A stretch of 64,000 nucleotides of DNA, taken from the IMG/VR virus record IMGVR_UViG_3300025897_000009; one strand, given 5' to 3'. The DNA is from a virus. The notes under the pieces were generated by a model. That model had not been told where the DNA came from. It did not search any database and saw only the letters and a program-made list of their open reading frames with translations. Positions 47,973-58,138 of the stretch are shown piece after piece. Position numbers and translations under genes: made by a program. How positions within the stretch are numbered: position 1 is the stretch's first letter; every line of letters starts with the position of its first letter.

Positions 47973-48401
47973 TTAGTCTCCTGTTGACTCAACATCAACT
48001 TTATTGCCGATGTTGTACTTCGGCACTAGACTCCATAATGTCTTCTCTTTGAATGGTATGATTTTGATTTGCGATAGTGGTGCTATTGGTTCTTCTATTT
48101 TAGAGAGGTCCACAATGCTAATCAATCCCCATTCTGCTAATAATTTTGAGATAGAGTTTCTTCTACCTATATCATTCTCACTAATGTCTGTGTCTTTTCC
48201 ATCTAGTTTGAACAGTTCTTTAAAGTGTACTATAAAATACTGTCCTCTTTTATGTAATATATGACAGGATTGAAATAGTGTTTTGTCCTTCCTAGAAGCA
48301 ACACCAATCCGTGTCAAGGTTTCTTTTACTTTTAAAAAATCATCTGATTGTTTCAGTTTGATCTCTAGTAAGTCGGAAACCTCATTCTTTAGTTCTTCCA
48401 T
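47973..48401 (-). CDS. regA: RegA translational repressor
   Basis: FLKVKETLTRIG, QSCHILHK, HFKELF.LDG. Confidence 0.96.
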   Translation of the reverse strand: MEELKNEVSDLLEIKLKQSDDFLKVKETLTRIGVASRKDKTLFQSCHILHKRGQYFIVHFKELFKLDGKDTDISENDIGRRNSISKLLAEWGLISIVDLSKIEEPIAPLSQIKIIPFKEKTLWSLVPKYNIGNKVDVESTGD

Positions 48402-48777
48402 GGTTTATCCCACCTTTGTCCATTGTTTGATTCATTTTCAATATTGAATCGTCATCAAGGAGGGATAGATACTCTTCTGCTTTTTTGGAAGACACACCAT
48501 AATACTCTTTAACGACATTCAAATCTTTTAATTCGATAGATTTTTCCCATTTGGAAAATCTTTTTCGCTGTCTAAGAGTATTTATTAAAAATTGAAACTG
48601 AAGACGATGATCCAGGTGGTATCGACTGTTCATTTCATTTGCGAATAACACAGCATCTTGGTGATATGATAATGCTTTGTTAGTTAGAAAAGGGTTGTAT
48701 GCTTTCTCTGCAATGCTATCAGGCATCACATCTTGCTTGGTATAACTGACTGCTGTTACGAAATCAAATGGGTTCAT
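48382..48777 (-). CDS. 62: Clamp loader small subunit (gp62)
   Basis: YNPFLTNKALS, ANEMN, RKRFSKW; upstream of regA. Confidence 0.92.
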   Translation of the reverse strand: MNPFDFVTAVSYTKQDVMPDSIAEKAYNPFLTNKALSYHQDAVLFANEMNSRYHLDHRLQFQFLINTLRQRKRFSKWEKSIELKDLNVVKEYYGVSSKKAEEYLSLLDDDSILKMNQTMDKGGINHGRTKE

Positions 48778-49058
48778 GATGGATCAAATCCTGCTGTGAT
48801 GTCTGCTATCACTTGATTCATTTTAATTCCGACTCTTTCGAGATAAGATTTCTTTGATTCATTATTGCCTTCGGGAAGAATGGTTTGTACTTCTTTTGTT
48901 GATAGATTCTCTCTAATAATTTTGCCATCATTGTAGACCACATCAAAGTATTTGACATCATCTTGTGGATATGCGTGAATCAGTTTGACTTTAGATGCCC
49001 ATTCTTCAATCTCGATCTGTTTTCGTCTCTGTTCTACTTTATCTGAATGCTGTCCCAT
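48774..49058 (-). CDS. Hypothetical protein
   Basis: Start reset to MGQHSD, coupled to the upstream stop. Confidence 0.6.
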   Translation of the reverse strand: MGQHSDKVEQRRKQIEIEEWASKVKLIHAYPQDDVKYFDVVYNDGKIIRENLSTKEVQTILPEGNNESKKSYLERVGIKMNQVIADITAGFDPS

Positions 49059-49780
49059 TATTTCTCGACCATTAATTTTCCATACTCTTCCAGTATATAG
49101 TTCGCACAAGCACGTGGTGATAGTAAACCTGATCCCCACATATTGACTTCTCTGTCAACAGAATCATCAACTTTCCATTGTTCTAAACTTGTTCCTTCAA
49201 GAACACGATTCGTGATGGTTGGGTCCGCAACTCCTATTGCGTCAGGTGGTATTGGATCCAACCATACGAACTTTCTCTCGGGATTTTCATACTGAGCACG
49301 AGCAACTAGTATTTGCTGTGCTGCTTTGCATGAAGAGATAGCAAATCGAGCAACTCTTTTGTCACTCTCTCTTGCATTTGGTAAATTCAAATTGGCAGGT
49401 ACTGTACCTGATCCAAGATGAACTACTTTTGTATTGACCCATTGTAGATAAACTTTCTGAAACAGTTCTAGATATCCTACAACATTTGCTCTTAGCATTT
49501 CTTCAAAATCAAAAAGACTTTGTTCACCGATGGGGTTTCCTAGTCGACCTAGATCCATTGGTGAGGATGCCTTGTTCCATTTCACTGCACAGTTAAATGC
49601 TACATCGGGTTCTGGTTCTAAAGATAGTCGTTGGATTGAAACAGGATCAGTCAGATCTAATTCAAGCAAATCCTCTGTTGGAGTAGAGGAAGTCCCTTGG
49701 ACATAATGTCCTAAGGATAGCAACTCATCATAAAGTGCCTTTCCGATACCTGTTCTCGCACCAACGACTAGAAATCTCAT
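49058..49780 (-). CDS. Short-chain dehydrogenase/Rossmann-fold protein
   Basis: VVGARTGIG, LDLTD, NCA; SCKAA lacks the canonical YxxxK Tyr. Confidence 0.7.
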   Translation of the reverse strand: MRFLVVGARTGIGKALYDELLSLGHYVQGTSSTPTEDLLELDLTDPVSIQRLSLEPEPDVAFNCAVKWNKASSPMDLGRLGNPIGEQSLFDFEEMLRANVVGYLELFQKVYLQWVNTKVVHLGSGTVPANLNLPNARESDKRVARFAISSCKAAQQILVARAQYENPERKFVWLDPIPPDAIGVADPTITNRVLEGTSLEQWKVDDSVDREVNMWGSGLLSPRACANYILEEYGKLMVEK

Positions 49781-50715
49781 TTAAATGCACACTCCGACAT
49801 AATCTCAGTTAAGCAGGCAACCAAGTTAATCTCGGCATCTGCTACGAATGCATTCTTATATTGATAGTCAGCAATCAACAATACTGCTGCTGGTATTGAT
49901 TCTGCTTTTAGTTTACTCTCTAAAGAGTTAAAGATCTTTCTATATAGTAAGATAGGGTCTTGATCAGCATTTTGGGCAATCCATTTACGCATCTCACCCC
50001 ACTTACGATTTTCCATGGCACTCATTAATTGAGCGATCTTTTCTTCTGCCATGTTGGTTAAAATACCTGAATCTATAACTCCAGAACTAGAGTATCTCTG
50101 TAGTTCGTTGAGTATCCTGCGGAAGTCTGGGAAGTGTTTGTTGACCAACTCTGCTACCACCTCCTTAGAGTAGTCGATTTCCTCAGTCTCTAATATGTGG
50201 CACACTCTTTTAAAGAATGCACCAGCAATAGCAGGTTTGTCGTCGTTTGCTACTTTAAAATCTATCACTGTACATCTAGAATGTAGAGGTTCAATAATCC
50301 TGTTCTTGTAATTACAAGTAAAGATAAATCTACAGTTAGAACTGAACTCTTCGATAAATCCTCGAAGAGCAGGTTGTACAGATTCAGGTGACATATAATC
50401 TGCCTCGTCAAGTATTACGATCTTAGAGTTTCCACCCAAAGATACTGTAGAGGCAAAGTTCTTAATCTTTGTTCGTAAGGTATCGATCAATCTTCCTTCA
50501 TCGGAACCATTGATCACTATGTAGTCTGCACCAATTTCATTACAAAGTGCTTTGGCGATGGTAGTTTTACCTGTACCAGCAGTTCCACATAAAAGCAGAT
50601 TGCTGATTTCACCTTTAGCAACAAAGTCTTTAAAGGTAGACTTAATGCTTTCTGGTAGCACTACATCTTCAATATTGCTTGGTCGGTATTTTTCGACCCA
50701 AATAAATTCATTCAT
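49777..50715 (-). CDS. 44: Clamp loader large subunit (gp44)
   Basis: WVEKYRP, GTGKTT, DEADY, SRC, FPDFRR. Confidence 0.97.
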   Translation of the reverse strand: MNEFIWVEKYRPSNIEDVVLPESIKSTFKDFVAKGEISNLLLCGTAGTGKTTIAKALCNEIGADYIVINGSDEGRLIDTLRTKIKNFASTVSLGGNSKIVILDEADYMSPESVQPALRGFIEEFSSNCRFIFTCNYKNRIIEPLHSRCTVIDFKVANDDKPAIAGAFFKRVCHILETEEIDYSKEVVAELVNKHFPDFRRILNELQRYSSSGVIDSGILTNMAEEKIAQLMSAMENRKWGEMRKWIAQNADQDPILLYRKIFNSLESKLKAESIPAAVLLIADYQYKNAFVADAEINLVACLTEIMSECAFK

Positions 50716-50833
50716 AAAACTTCTCCCGAGTTAAGATGAAACAATCCCCACCAATTGTTTCCGTGATGCCTGCCCAGAGGACGGATAAGAGGAGGACATC
50801 TCCCGAATCAAACTGTTAAAGTCTGATTCTTTT

Positions 50834-51496
50834 TTAAGCATTATATTTGGAATCTGGTTCCAATGCTATAAAGTATTCTACATCGAGTGTTGAATGTTTA
50901 AAATGTGAGATGTTTTTACTAGATACAAACACATTGTAATCTCCATTCAACAGTTTAAGATTCTCGATCTTAAAATTCATCTTGTATTTAGTACCATCAC
51001 CATCGGCAACGATTCTGCTAAACACATTAGAGGTGGTGTTCTTTTTATCTCTTACAGATAACCTTACCACTGCCCCATCTGATTCTAGAATCAAATCACT
51101 GACACCTAATACTGCTGATGCTTTTCCAACAGCATCTCTAACTTGCTGTGTTAGAGTAAAGGTAATCTCAGGTTCTGGAAAGTTAATATCCTTCTGAGGT
51201 GAGATAACAGTATTCTCTGCAGCAAAAAAGTAAACCATGCTAGAGTTAGCATCTGATATTACCACTGAAGAGTCACCAAACTCATATTCCGCATCTTCGA
51301 ATAAAGATGTCGCACCTAAAAATTCTGAGAGGTCATAAATGGCGAAGTCGTTATAACTTTCAGAAACTGTTGCTTTTGCCATGATGTTTTTCATCGCAGA
51401 TATAGTTCTGAATGTTTTGCCTTCTTTTACAACTATCCCAGAGTTGATTGTAGAAAAGTTCTTAAGAACCTCTCTTGTATTTTCACTTATCTTCAT
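50834..51496 (-). CDS. 45: Sliding clamp (gp45)
   Basis: LKNFSTIN, FAIYDL.EFL, YFIALE; start reset to MKISEN. Confidence 0.95.
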   Translation of the reverse strand: MKISENTREVLKNFSTINSGIVVKEGKTFRTISAMKNIMAKATVSESYNDFAIYDLSEFLGATSLFEDAEYEFGDSSVVISDANSSMVYFFAAENTVISPQKDINFPEPEITFTLTQQVRDAVGKASAVLGVSDLILESDGAVVRLSVRDKKNTTSNVFSRIVADGDGTKYKMNFKIENLKLLNGDYNVFVSSKNISHFKHSTLDVEYFIALEPDSKYNA

Positions 51497-51809
51497 TATT
51501 ACCTCCCAGTAAATCATGATTATGTACTGCCATAATGGCATAATGTAAGACTTTGAATAGATCTTTTCTATTCTTGCCACCTTTCTTTCCATATCTTTGG
51601 GCATATTTCATTATGTTGCCCATACAGAAACCTTCTCCGTGACCAGAGTCAATAATGAACTCGGTCGCTTGAAACTTGTTGAGTGAGTAATGTTCATCGT
51701 AAGTCTTGTTGACATATCCCAATAACTCCGCAATGATCTTATCTTCACTGTATTTGTACTTAGATTTATCGGGCAAAAACCCATCATCTCTTTTCTTAAA
51801 CAATCCCAT
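51483..51809 (-). CDS. DUF3310-like conserved phage protein
   Basis: GFCMGNIMKYAQRYGKK, DL.KVLHY. Confidence 0.75.
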   Translation of the reverse strand: MGLFKKRDDGFLPDKSKYKYSEDKIIAELLGYVNKTYDEHYSLNKFQATEFIIDSGHGEGFCMGNIMKYAQRYGKKGGKNRKDLFKVLHYAIMAVHNHDLLGGNNEDK

Positions 51810-51813
51810 AATA

Positions 51814-52722
51814 CTATATTATAAGTCCAGTCGCATATTCTGTAAAGGTGGTTTTGTAATTAAATACATCATCAATTAACCACTTAAAGAATGCTGTGTT
51901 GAAGTTGTTGCGTTCTACTCTATTGATATACATAAGAGGAATGCTCACAAACAATCCTTCTACCTTATCGGTAGGAATACTCATCCAATGATTGTTACGC
52001 AGTCTTGGTGCCTTTGCCTCGAACTGATCAATGGTATACTCTTTCATGTCACTCCACCTAACTCTAAAAGCATAGATGACTTGACCAGTGACAGGATCTC
52101 TACCTGACATACAAATGAAAGGATCGTCTTTGTCATACTTCTTAATCCTATCAGATGAAGGAGTCTTTTCTGTTTCTTGACCCCATGAACAACTACCACA
52201 AAAATAACCAGAACTCTTTCTAGTTGCTGTTTCTGATTTTTGTTCTACAGGTATGCCATCAGCATCGATAGAATCATGACCATGAATGTGCTCATCATCC
52301 TTCCATTCAAAATAAACTGCTAATGGTTTTTCTAATGCTTTGCCACCTGAACCATACTCAGAGAATGTTCTAGCAAAAGAGCAATGCATAGGATTGCTTG
52401 GGTCAAAGGTAGATTCAAATAAGAACTCAGATTCTGCAACAACTGCTAGATTCTGAATCTTATCTAACCATTCATCATCCCTATCAGCAGGATGAACATT
52501 AGACTTAGTTGATGAAGAGTTAACAACCTTATCAAAAAGAGTCTTAATCTTTGGTGTAGATCGCATAGTCTCACGACCCTTGTAATCCATAAACATATCA
52601 AACTCGGGTTCAACTTCAGCAACAAATGTTCTACATGCATCTATCTTTGTATCAAAGGTAGTTCCTGAATCGACTTTAGAGTCGATCCAGGATTCTAGAA
52701 CTGGATAGTTAATCTTGTTCAT
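51814..52722 (-). CDS. Hypothetical protein, possible PD-(D/E)XK nuclease
   Basis: ALE...GHDSID...VEQKS pattern. Confidence 0.45.
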   Translation of the reverse strand: MNKINYPVLESWIDSKVDSGTTFDTKIDACRTFVAEVEPEFDMFMDYKGRETMRSTPKIKTLFDKVVNSSSTKSNVHPADRDDEWLDKIQNLAVVAESEFLFESTFDPSNPMHCSFARTFSEYGSGGKALEKPLAVYFEWKDDEHIHGHDSIDADGIPVEQKSETATRKSSGYFCGSCSWGQETEKTPSSDRIKKYDKDDPFICMSGRDPVTGQVIYAFRVRWSDMKEYTIDQFEAKAPRLRNNHWMSIPTDKVEGLFVSIPLMYINRVERNNFNTAFFKWLIDDVFNYKTTFTEYATGLII

Positions 52723-53869
52723 CTTCGAAAGATTCCTCAGTAGATACTTCAGCATCAGTAACAATGCCCTCGTCTACTTTAGTGTAGAGGTCAAGGAATG
52801 ATTCCTTAGTCTCGGCATCAAATCTGTTAAGACAAACTTCAATTGCTTTCATTCTATTTTGACCAAACATATTGAAAGCACGAGCAATGTGAACTAATCT
52901 ACGAGTACTGATCACTTCGTCGATCGCACCATCGTTATAAGTTCTACGAATAACATCTGCCCAATCGGCAAGTTTTTCTACGAAGTCAGTATCGGCAACT
53001 TCTGAATTAAGAATTCTTTTCTCAATAGCGATACTAGGATACTGCTGTTCAAATGTAACAGCAAATCTTTCTAGCATTGCTTCATTCATAATTTGAGTAC
53101 CAACGAATTTACCATCGTCATTGCCTTGACCTTTAGTGTTAGCAGTAGCAATGATGTTAAATCCTGGAGCAGGGAATACAAACTCACCAGTCTTTTTGAT
53201 AAGATATCCTTTGCCCTCTAGGATGGATTGTAAACACATTAGTTTGTTACCACCTAAGTCAACTTCGTCAAGTAATAGAACTGCACCTTTTCTCATTGCT
53301 TTGAGAACTGGTCCTTCTCTATACTCTAGATTGCCATCAACCAAAGTGTGACCACCGATAAGATCATCCTCATCAGTCTCTACAGTAATGTTCACTCGGA
53401 ACATCTCTCTCTTTAGTTTAGCACAAATCTGCTCAACCATAAGTGTTTTACCATTACCAGATAAACCTGTAATGAAGACTGGGAAGAACATTTCTGATTC
53501 TATCACTTTCTTCACATCAGTAAAGTTTCCGAATGGTACAAAGTTGCTCATTTTAGCAGGAACGAGTTTTACCTCGTCATCCAACACATTAGTCACAGCA
53601 GGGACTGCGACTGGTGTTGGAACTACTTTGAGAGCAGGTTGAGTTCCTGGACTCAGCAAAGTAGTGAAGTTGTAAGATTTGCCCTGTTTAAACTCGTGGC
53701 GACCACAAGATATCCATCCAGGCATATTGTCGACACAATCTAATCCGAGAATCTCTTCTCTTGTAAATTGTGTTTGAGCAGGATACTTAGATTGTATTTC
53801 ACCTAAGAACTCCTCTCTGGCAGGTGTCATATTGAACACTTTGCCATTTGGGTAATAAAGATCCGTCAT
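52709..53869 (-). CDS. MoxR/CobS-like AAA+ ATPase
   Basis: GLSGNGKT, LLLDEVD, ATANTKG, NEAMLERF, ISTRRL. Confidence 0.92.
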   Translation of the reverse strand: MTDLYYPNGKVFNMTPAREEFLGEIQSKYPAQTQFTREEILGLDCVDNMPGWISCGRHEFKQGKSYNFTTLLSPGTQPALKVVPTPVAVPAVTNVLDDEVKLVPAKMSNFVPFGNFTDVKKVIESEMFFPVFITGLSGNGKTLMVEQICAKLKREMFRVNITVETDEDDLIGGHTLVDGNLEYREGPVLKAMRKGAVLLLDEVDLGGNKLMCLQSILEGKGYLIKKTGEFVFPAPGFNIIATANTKGQGNDDGKFVGTQIMNEAMLERFAVTFEQQYPSIAIEKRILNSEVADTDFVEKLADWADVIRRTYNDGAIDEVISTRRLVHIARAFNMFGQNRMKAIEVCLNRFDAETKESFLDLYTKVDEGIVTDAEVSTEESFEDEQD

Positions 53870-53902
53870 AGTTTACTCCTCTTATTAATTAACTATTCAT
53901 AT

Positions 53903-53932
53903 ATCATATAAAAAAGTACAGGGTGTCGTAAA
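53903..53932 (-). promoter_or_regulatory. Phage promoter (TTTACG-N18-TATGAT)
   Basis: Repeated motif. Confidence 0.8.
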
Positions 53933-53933
53933 G

Positions 53934-54581
53934 TCACTTTGTATACTTTTGTGTATGTCTTCTAAATTCAAAATCTTTGTAGCACTCTGGATCAATAAAC
54001 TGATCAGGAATTAATCTGATCTCACCCAGACAATATTCCTTTGGGCACTCCATCATAAAGTTAAAAAGGGAAAACATGTATGCTCTATCAATCATCGGAA
54101 TGTGCAATCTGTTGAACATTTCTTCAATTTGATTGGTTTCAACTGCACCCAAACTGAGTAAGCAATGTCTTTGTACACACTCAACTCTATCTTCTGGTGC
54201 AGATAACCCATACTTGTTAATTTCTGATCGGATAAGATCTGCTAGTTTTTGCTTGTTGTAAATGTAATCATATCCTTCTGGATTAGCAATGATGTCTGTA
54301 AGTTGAGAACCAACATGGATCCAATCTTTAGGCATCACATCATCAGTATCATAGATCACCTCATTCACTATGTCATATTGCATACTTGCTGGTGCATTGT
54401 TGAAGACGATGTCAGAGTCAGCACAAAGTTCTATCGCATGCTTGTACTCTTTATTGTCATTCAAGTCAATGCCTTGTTCTCTAGACACAAGATGAATGTC
54501 TACTGAGGGCACTTCGTTAAGAATAAGATAGTCGTGGAAAAGTTTCCCGACTCCTTTAGATGCTCCCAGTATTGTTATCAT
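53934..54581 (-). CDS. SDR-like Rossmann-fold protein
   Basis: ILGASKGVG, FNNA, YIYNK. Confidence 0.65.
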   Translation of the reverse strand: MITILGASKGVGKLFHDYLILNEVPSVDIHLVSREQGIDLNDNKEYKHAIELCADSDIVFNNAPASMQYDIVNEVIYDTDDVMPKDWIHVGSQLTDIIANPEGYDYIYNKQKLADLIRSEINKYGLSAPEDRVECVQRHCLLSLGAVETNQIEEMFNRLHIPMIDRAYMFSLFNFMMECPKEYCLGEIRLIPDQFIDPECYKDFEFRRHTQKYTK

Positions 54582-54583
54582 AA

Positions 54584-54805
54584 TTACTTAATAGACCTTA
54601 GAAGATGACCTCTCTTGTCATCATTCCACTTGCCACCATTGTTAACCCAAACTCTGAATGCCTTACATTCTACTTCTTCTGTCTTACACTTCTTTGTATA
54701 AGAACAAGTATCGCAAGGAGCAGGTCCGACATTGTATATAGCATCTGCCAGAGATACACTTGGTATCTCATCCTGCCAATTTGGTTCTATCGTTAAAGTT
54801 CTCAT
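54584..54805 (-). CDS. Small Cys-rich hypothetical protein
   Basis: PCDTC...C...C.AF. Confidence 0.6.
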   Translation of the reverse strand: MRTLTIEPNWQDEIPSVSLADAIYNVGPAPCDTCSYTKKCKTEEVECKAFRVWVNNGGKWNDDKRGHLLRSIK

Positions 54806-57114
54806 AATTGTAATCCCTCGATTAATTGATTCACTACGAATCTAGATTTTAATTTTGCACCAGCATTTCTGGCAAAAGCAGTTTTGATTTTACCTTTCTG
54901 TGCACCCACCAACTCATCACTCAATTGATCATCACCCTTTGCTTTGATCTCTTTAATGAAAAGAAACTTGTCCATATGTGTACCTTTCAGGTGACCACCA
55001 CCAGACTTCAATACACCTTTCCAAACCTTATCCTCGTCATTCTCTTTTCTAATAGACTTGACATTGTGACCAAATCCATAGAAATATGACTCAAACTCTC
55101 TTTTGGTTTTCACGAGGAAGTATCCTGTAATAGAAGCACCAGTCTCATTCTTAACATACTCACATAGCAAGTTGTAAGATTTGAACTGGTCACCAGTGAT
55201 AGCAATGTCATACTTTCTGTTTGAGTATGGGTCAGTGTAAAAAGTTTTATCCATACCCCATCTACCAGATGATGCAACACCATCGCTATAAATTCTTTCA
55301 GAATAACCATCGGTGATCACAATCAGATTCTGATAATCTGTTCTGTATTGTAATCTTTGCTCTCTTAATAGTTTTCTAGCAGTCAACATAAGTAAGTTGA
55401 GAGGTGTCCCACCCATTCTTAAGCAAGTTGGATAGTTATAGATATTCAAACTAGATGCTAATCCATAAACTGACATTCTAGATCTGTCACCTGTATAGTC
55501 AGGATTGCAATAATCTCTCTCTGCTTGCTTGGCATCATCATAAGGTGCCCAACCAACTAACTTAGATCTCGCATTTCTAGTGTCCCAATAGATTCCTTTC
55601 GCATTCTCTTTGAATACCATCATGGCAACAACATCAAGTGCTTTTCTATAGTCACGAACTTTCATATTGTTGTTAAACAACTCGGTCAAAGTAGCATCCT
55701 CAGTTCCTCTAATCATAGAGAGTTCTTTCTCATCATCATCAACATCATGCCAGTTAGAACCATGCTTAGTGAAAAGGAAAATTCTGTGAGCGATGTTAAC
55801 TTTTCTACAGAACTCGGCAAGGATAAATGCTTGCTCTAAAATGCTTTCAGCATTATCATCCATAGAACCAGACCAGTCAATATAAACTATGACACCATGG
55901 TTTTTGCCTTCTGGTACTACAGTTGCTCTTTTAAACATATCTTCAACGATTTGATATTTTGCTAGTTTTAGAGTATCAATAGCACCTGTCTTAGCACTCT
56001 TTGCTTTAGCATGTAAAGAAGCATTCTTCTTCATCTCAAACTCTTTAACCATCATCGCAACAATCTTTTTGTTCTTTCTTTCTAATCGCTTTCTGGTAAA
56101 CTCAACACCAGACTTAAAGGTATCAGTTGTAGACTCGTTAGCATAAAAGTCATCTACAATTGATGAAACTGTTTTCCAGTCAACCATCACTTCTTTAGGA
56201 TCAGCATTGCCATCGAGGTAAGAACTATTAAGTTCTATGGGTTCACTAGCAAACACATCATAGAATTTTCCTTCGTTATCGTGGGCATTCTCTTCAGTCA
56301 TTGCTCTTCTAGCATCAGACTCTTCCTGTTCAGGAGTTTCAAGTTTCTCACTAGATTCTGAACCACCCTCTGGGTCTTCAGTAGAATCTTGCTGTTCATC
56401 ACCAGAGTTAGATTCAGTTTCTGATTCGTCATCAGTGCCCTCATCATTATCACCAGAAGTATTGTTTTCTTCACTCTCTTCTTGCTCTTCATCAGATTCG
56501 CCATCAGAAGGAATATCATCGAACTGCTCATCGTCTTCTTTATCTTCATTTGCTTCAGAGTAAGCATAGATCTCTTCAGACAAAGCAACCACTTCTTCCC
56601 AAGTTTCAGTATCAAGTGATCTCTGTAATAATGCTTTCTCTTCGTCAGTAAATTTAATTCCTAATCCCCAACCAACTTTAGTGGTTAGATTAATTCTGTC
56701 TATAAGTGATAAAGCATTCAACTCATCCTGATCCATATTAGCAATACCAAAGAAGTCTAATGCCATCAGTTCTTTATAAGCACGGATGAAAGACTTCTTA
56801 AGTCCTGGATATTTTTTCTTAATAAGTTTTTCGATTCTAACATCTTCTATCACATTAAGATACCCTTTCATTGTAGGGTTCTTATGAACAGCAGAGTGTA
56901 ATCCTTCAGCAGGTGTATTCCTAGCATGACCAACTTCGTGACCAATAAACAAGTCAAGAAGATCATCTGATAGTGAATCTTTAAAGATAGGGATAACGAG
57001 TTCCCTATTCTTTACATCAAACATAGCAGTAGGAACCTGCTTATGTGTAATAGTTAAATTTTCCTCAGCGAGTAGTTTCGCTAAGTTGTCTTTGTGTGTA
57101 TTGCCTCTTACCAT
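54802..57114 (-). CDS. Metallopeptidase-vWA protein (CobT-like partner of the AAA ATPase)
   Basis: HEVGH, NVIEDVRIE, acidic linker, DWSGSM MIDAS, GGTPL, ITDG. Confidence 0.85.
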   Translation of the reverse strand: MVRGNTHKDNLAKLLAEENLTITHKQVPTAMFDVKNRELVIPIFKDSLSDDLLDLFIGHEVGHARNTPAEGLHSAVHKNPTMKGYLNVIEDVRIEKLIKKKYPGLKKSFIRAYKELMALDFFGIANMDQDELNALSLIDRINLTTKVGWGLGIKFTDEEKALLQRSLDTETWEEVVALSEEIYAYSEANEDKEDDEQFDDIPSDGESDEEQEESEENNTSGDNDEGTDDESETESNSGDEQQDSTEDPEGGSESSEKLETPEQEESDARRAMTEENAHDNEGKFYDVFASEPIELNSSYLDGNADPKEVMVDWKTVSSIVDDFYANESTTDTFKSGVEFTRKRLERKNKKIVAMMVKEFEMKKNASLHAKAKSAKTGAIDTLKLAKYQIVEDMFKRATVVPEGKNHGVIVYIDWSGSMDDNAESILEQAFILAEFCRKVNIAHRIFLFTKHGSNWHDVDDDEKELSMIRGTEDATLTELFNNNMKVRDYRKALDVVAMMVFKENAKGIYWDTRNARSKLVGWAPYDDAKQAERDYCNPDYTGDRSRMSVYGLASSLNIYNYPTCLRMGGTPLNLLMLTARKLLREQRLQYRTDYQNLIVITDGYSERIYSDGVASSGRWGMDKTFYTDPYSNRKYDIAITGDQFKSYNLLCEYVKNETGASITGYFLVKTKREFESYFYGFGHNVKSIRKENDEDKVWKGVLKSGGGHLKGTHMDKFLFIKEIKAKGDDQLSDELVGAQKGKIKTAFARNAGAKLKSRFVVNQLIEGLQL

Positions 57115-57120
57115 TATCAT

Positions 57121-57150
57121 ATAATACTAAAAAGTAGAGGGTGTCGTAAA
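57121..57150 (-). promoter_or_regulatory. Phage promoter (TTTACG-N18-TATTAT)
   Basis: Repeated motif. Confidence 0.8.
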
Positions 57151-57154
57151 CCCC

Positions 57155-57466
57155 TCATGAAGAGTTTTTGATAAGTGCTTGTGCTTTGCCTAAGATCCAA
57201 GGATCTCTATGGGGTAAATTATACCCAGATGTACCATCCCAGTTTTTGAAATGCTCATCATATTGATCAGAATAGGCATCGGGATTTGCTTTGATTAGAT
57301 CGGCAAGTTCGTTTGCCCAATCTTGCCATTTATGATCAGTGATTAACTCATGATCTAATTCATAATAACAACAACTATGAATTAGCATTTGTAATCTTCT
57401 GCGTTTGATTAATTCGCCAACCTTAATTGTAGGGTTGGGAAACTCGGTGTATTTTCGTTTTTTCAT
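57155..57466 (-). CDS. Stand-alone NAD-dependent DNA ligase subdomain Ia-like protein
   Basis: H...YYELD...ITD..W....EL..L pattern. Confidence 0.55.
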   Translation of the reverse strand: MKKRKYTEFPNPTIKVGELIKRRRLQMLIHSCCYYELDHELITDHKWQDWANELADLIKANPDAYSDQYDEHFKNWDGTSGYNLPHRDPWILGKAQALIKNSS

Positions 57467-57472
57467 TCTAGT

Positions 57473-57502
57473 ATGATACTAAAATGTAGAGGGTGTCGTA
57501 AA
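57473..57502 (-). promoter_or_regulatory. Phage promoter (TTTACG-N18-TATCAT)
   Basis: Repeated motif. Confidence 0.8.
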
Positions 57503-57505
57503 GTC

Positions 57506-58138
57506 CTACAGTATATCTATTGTCATGGTATGCACATTGCGTGTGTACCAAAATGGTAAAGTGTATCGTTCTGCTCTTCTGACTTTAGTTACTCCATGAT
57601 AAAATTCCATTCCTTGAAACATAACCAACTTGCCTGCTTGGGGTTCTATTTCAAATCCCATGGGTAATTCAGGACAGGGTTCAAAATATGTTTTGCCCCC
57701 ATCATAGTTATCGTTCAAGTATAGAATAGATGCCCATGCTGTTTCTGGATAAATATCTTCTCCTGTTTCAGGGTCTGCCATCTTATCGATATGAGGATTC
57801 TGATCCATCCCAACCTGCCATCTCATGATCTCTGCTTGTTCAGGATAAATTTGATCTTGGTATGCACCATATATCTGTGCGATAGTGATGAATTGCACTT
57901 TACGCATCAAGTTTCGTATGTGATGGGTTCTGATGCTCTCAAAGGCAATACGTCTACCATTGTAATGCTCGGCAGCATCATTATAGGTGACCATGTGTTG
58001 GTGGGTTTTGTGAAAGTGTATTAGATGCCTACATTCAGAATCTGACAGAACATTAGGCAGTTCTAATATTTTGAAGTCTCTCAATGAGTCTTGACTGCTC
58101 TCTTTTTCGTTTTGTTCTTCGTTTAATTGCTCGTTCAA
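57506..58138 (-). CDS. 2OG-Fe(II) oxygenase
   Basis: PHID, LYLNDNYDGG, YHGV, RYT; start uncertain. Confidence 0.88.
   Translation of the reverse strand: MNEQLNEEQNEKESSQDSLRDFKILELPNVLSDSECRHLIHFHKTHQHMVTYNDAAEHYNGRRIAFESIRTHHIRNLMRKVQFITIAQIYGAYQDQIYPEQAEIMRWQVGMDQNPHIDKMADPETGEDIYPETAWASILYLNDNYDGGKTYFEPCPELPMGFEIEPQAGKLVMFQGMEFYHGVTKVRRAERYTLPFWYTRNVHTMTIDIL

Noticed and set aside
52709-57114. Cobalamin biosynthesis function for the CobS/CobT-like pair
   Set aside because: No cobN or other cob genes; a MoxR AAA plus vWA pair is common in T4-like phages and more likely a chaperone
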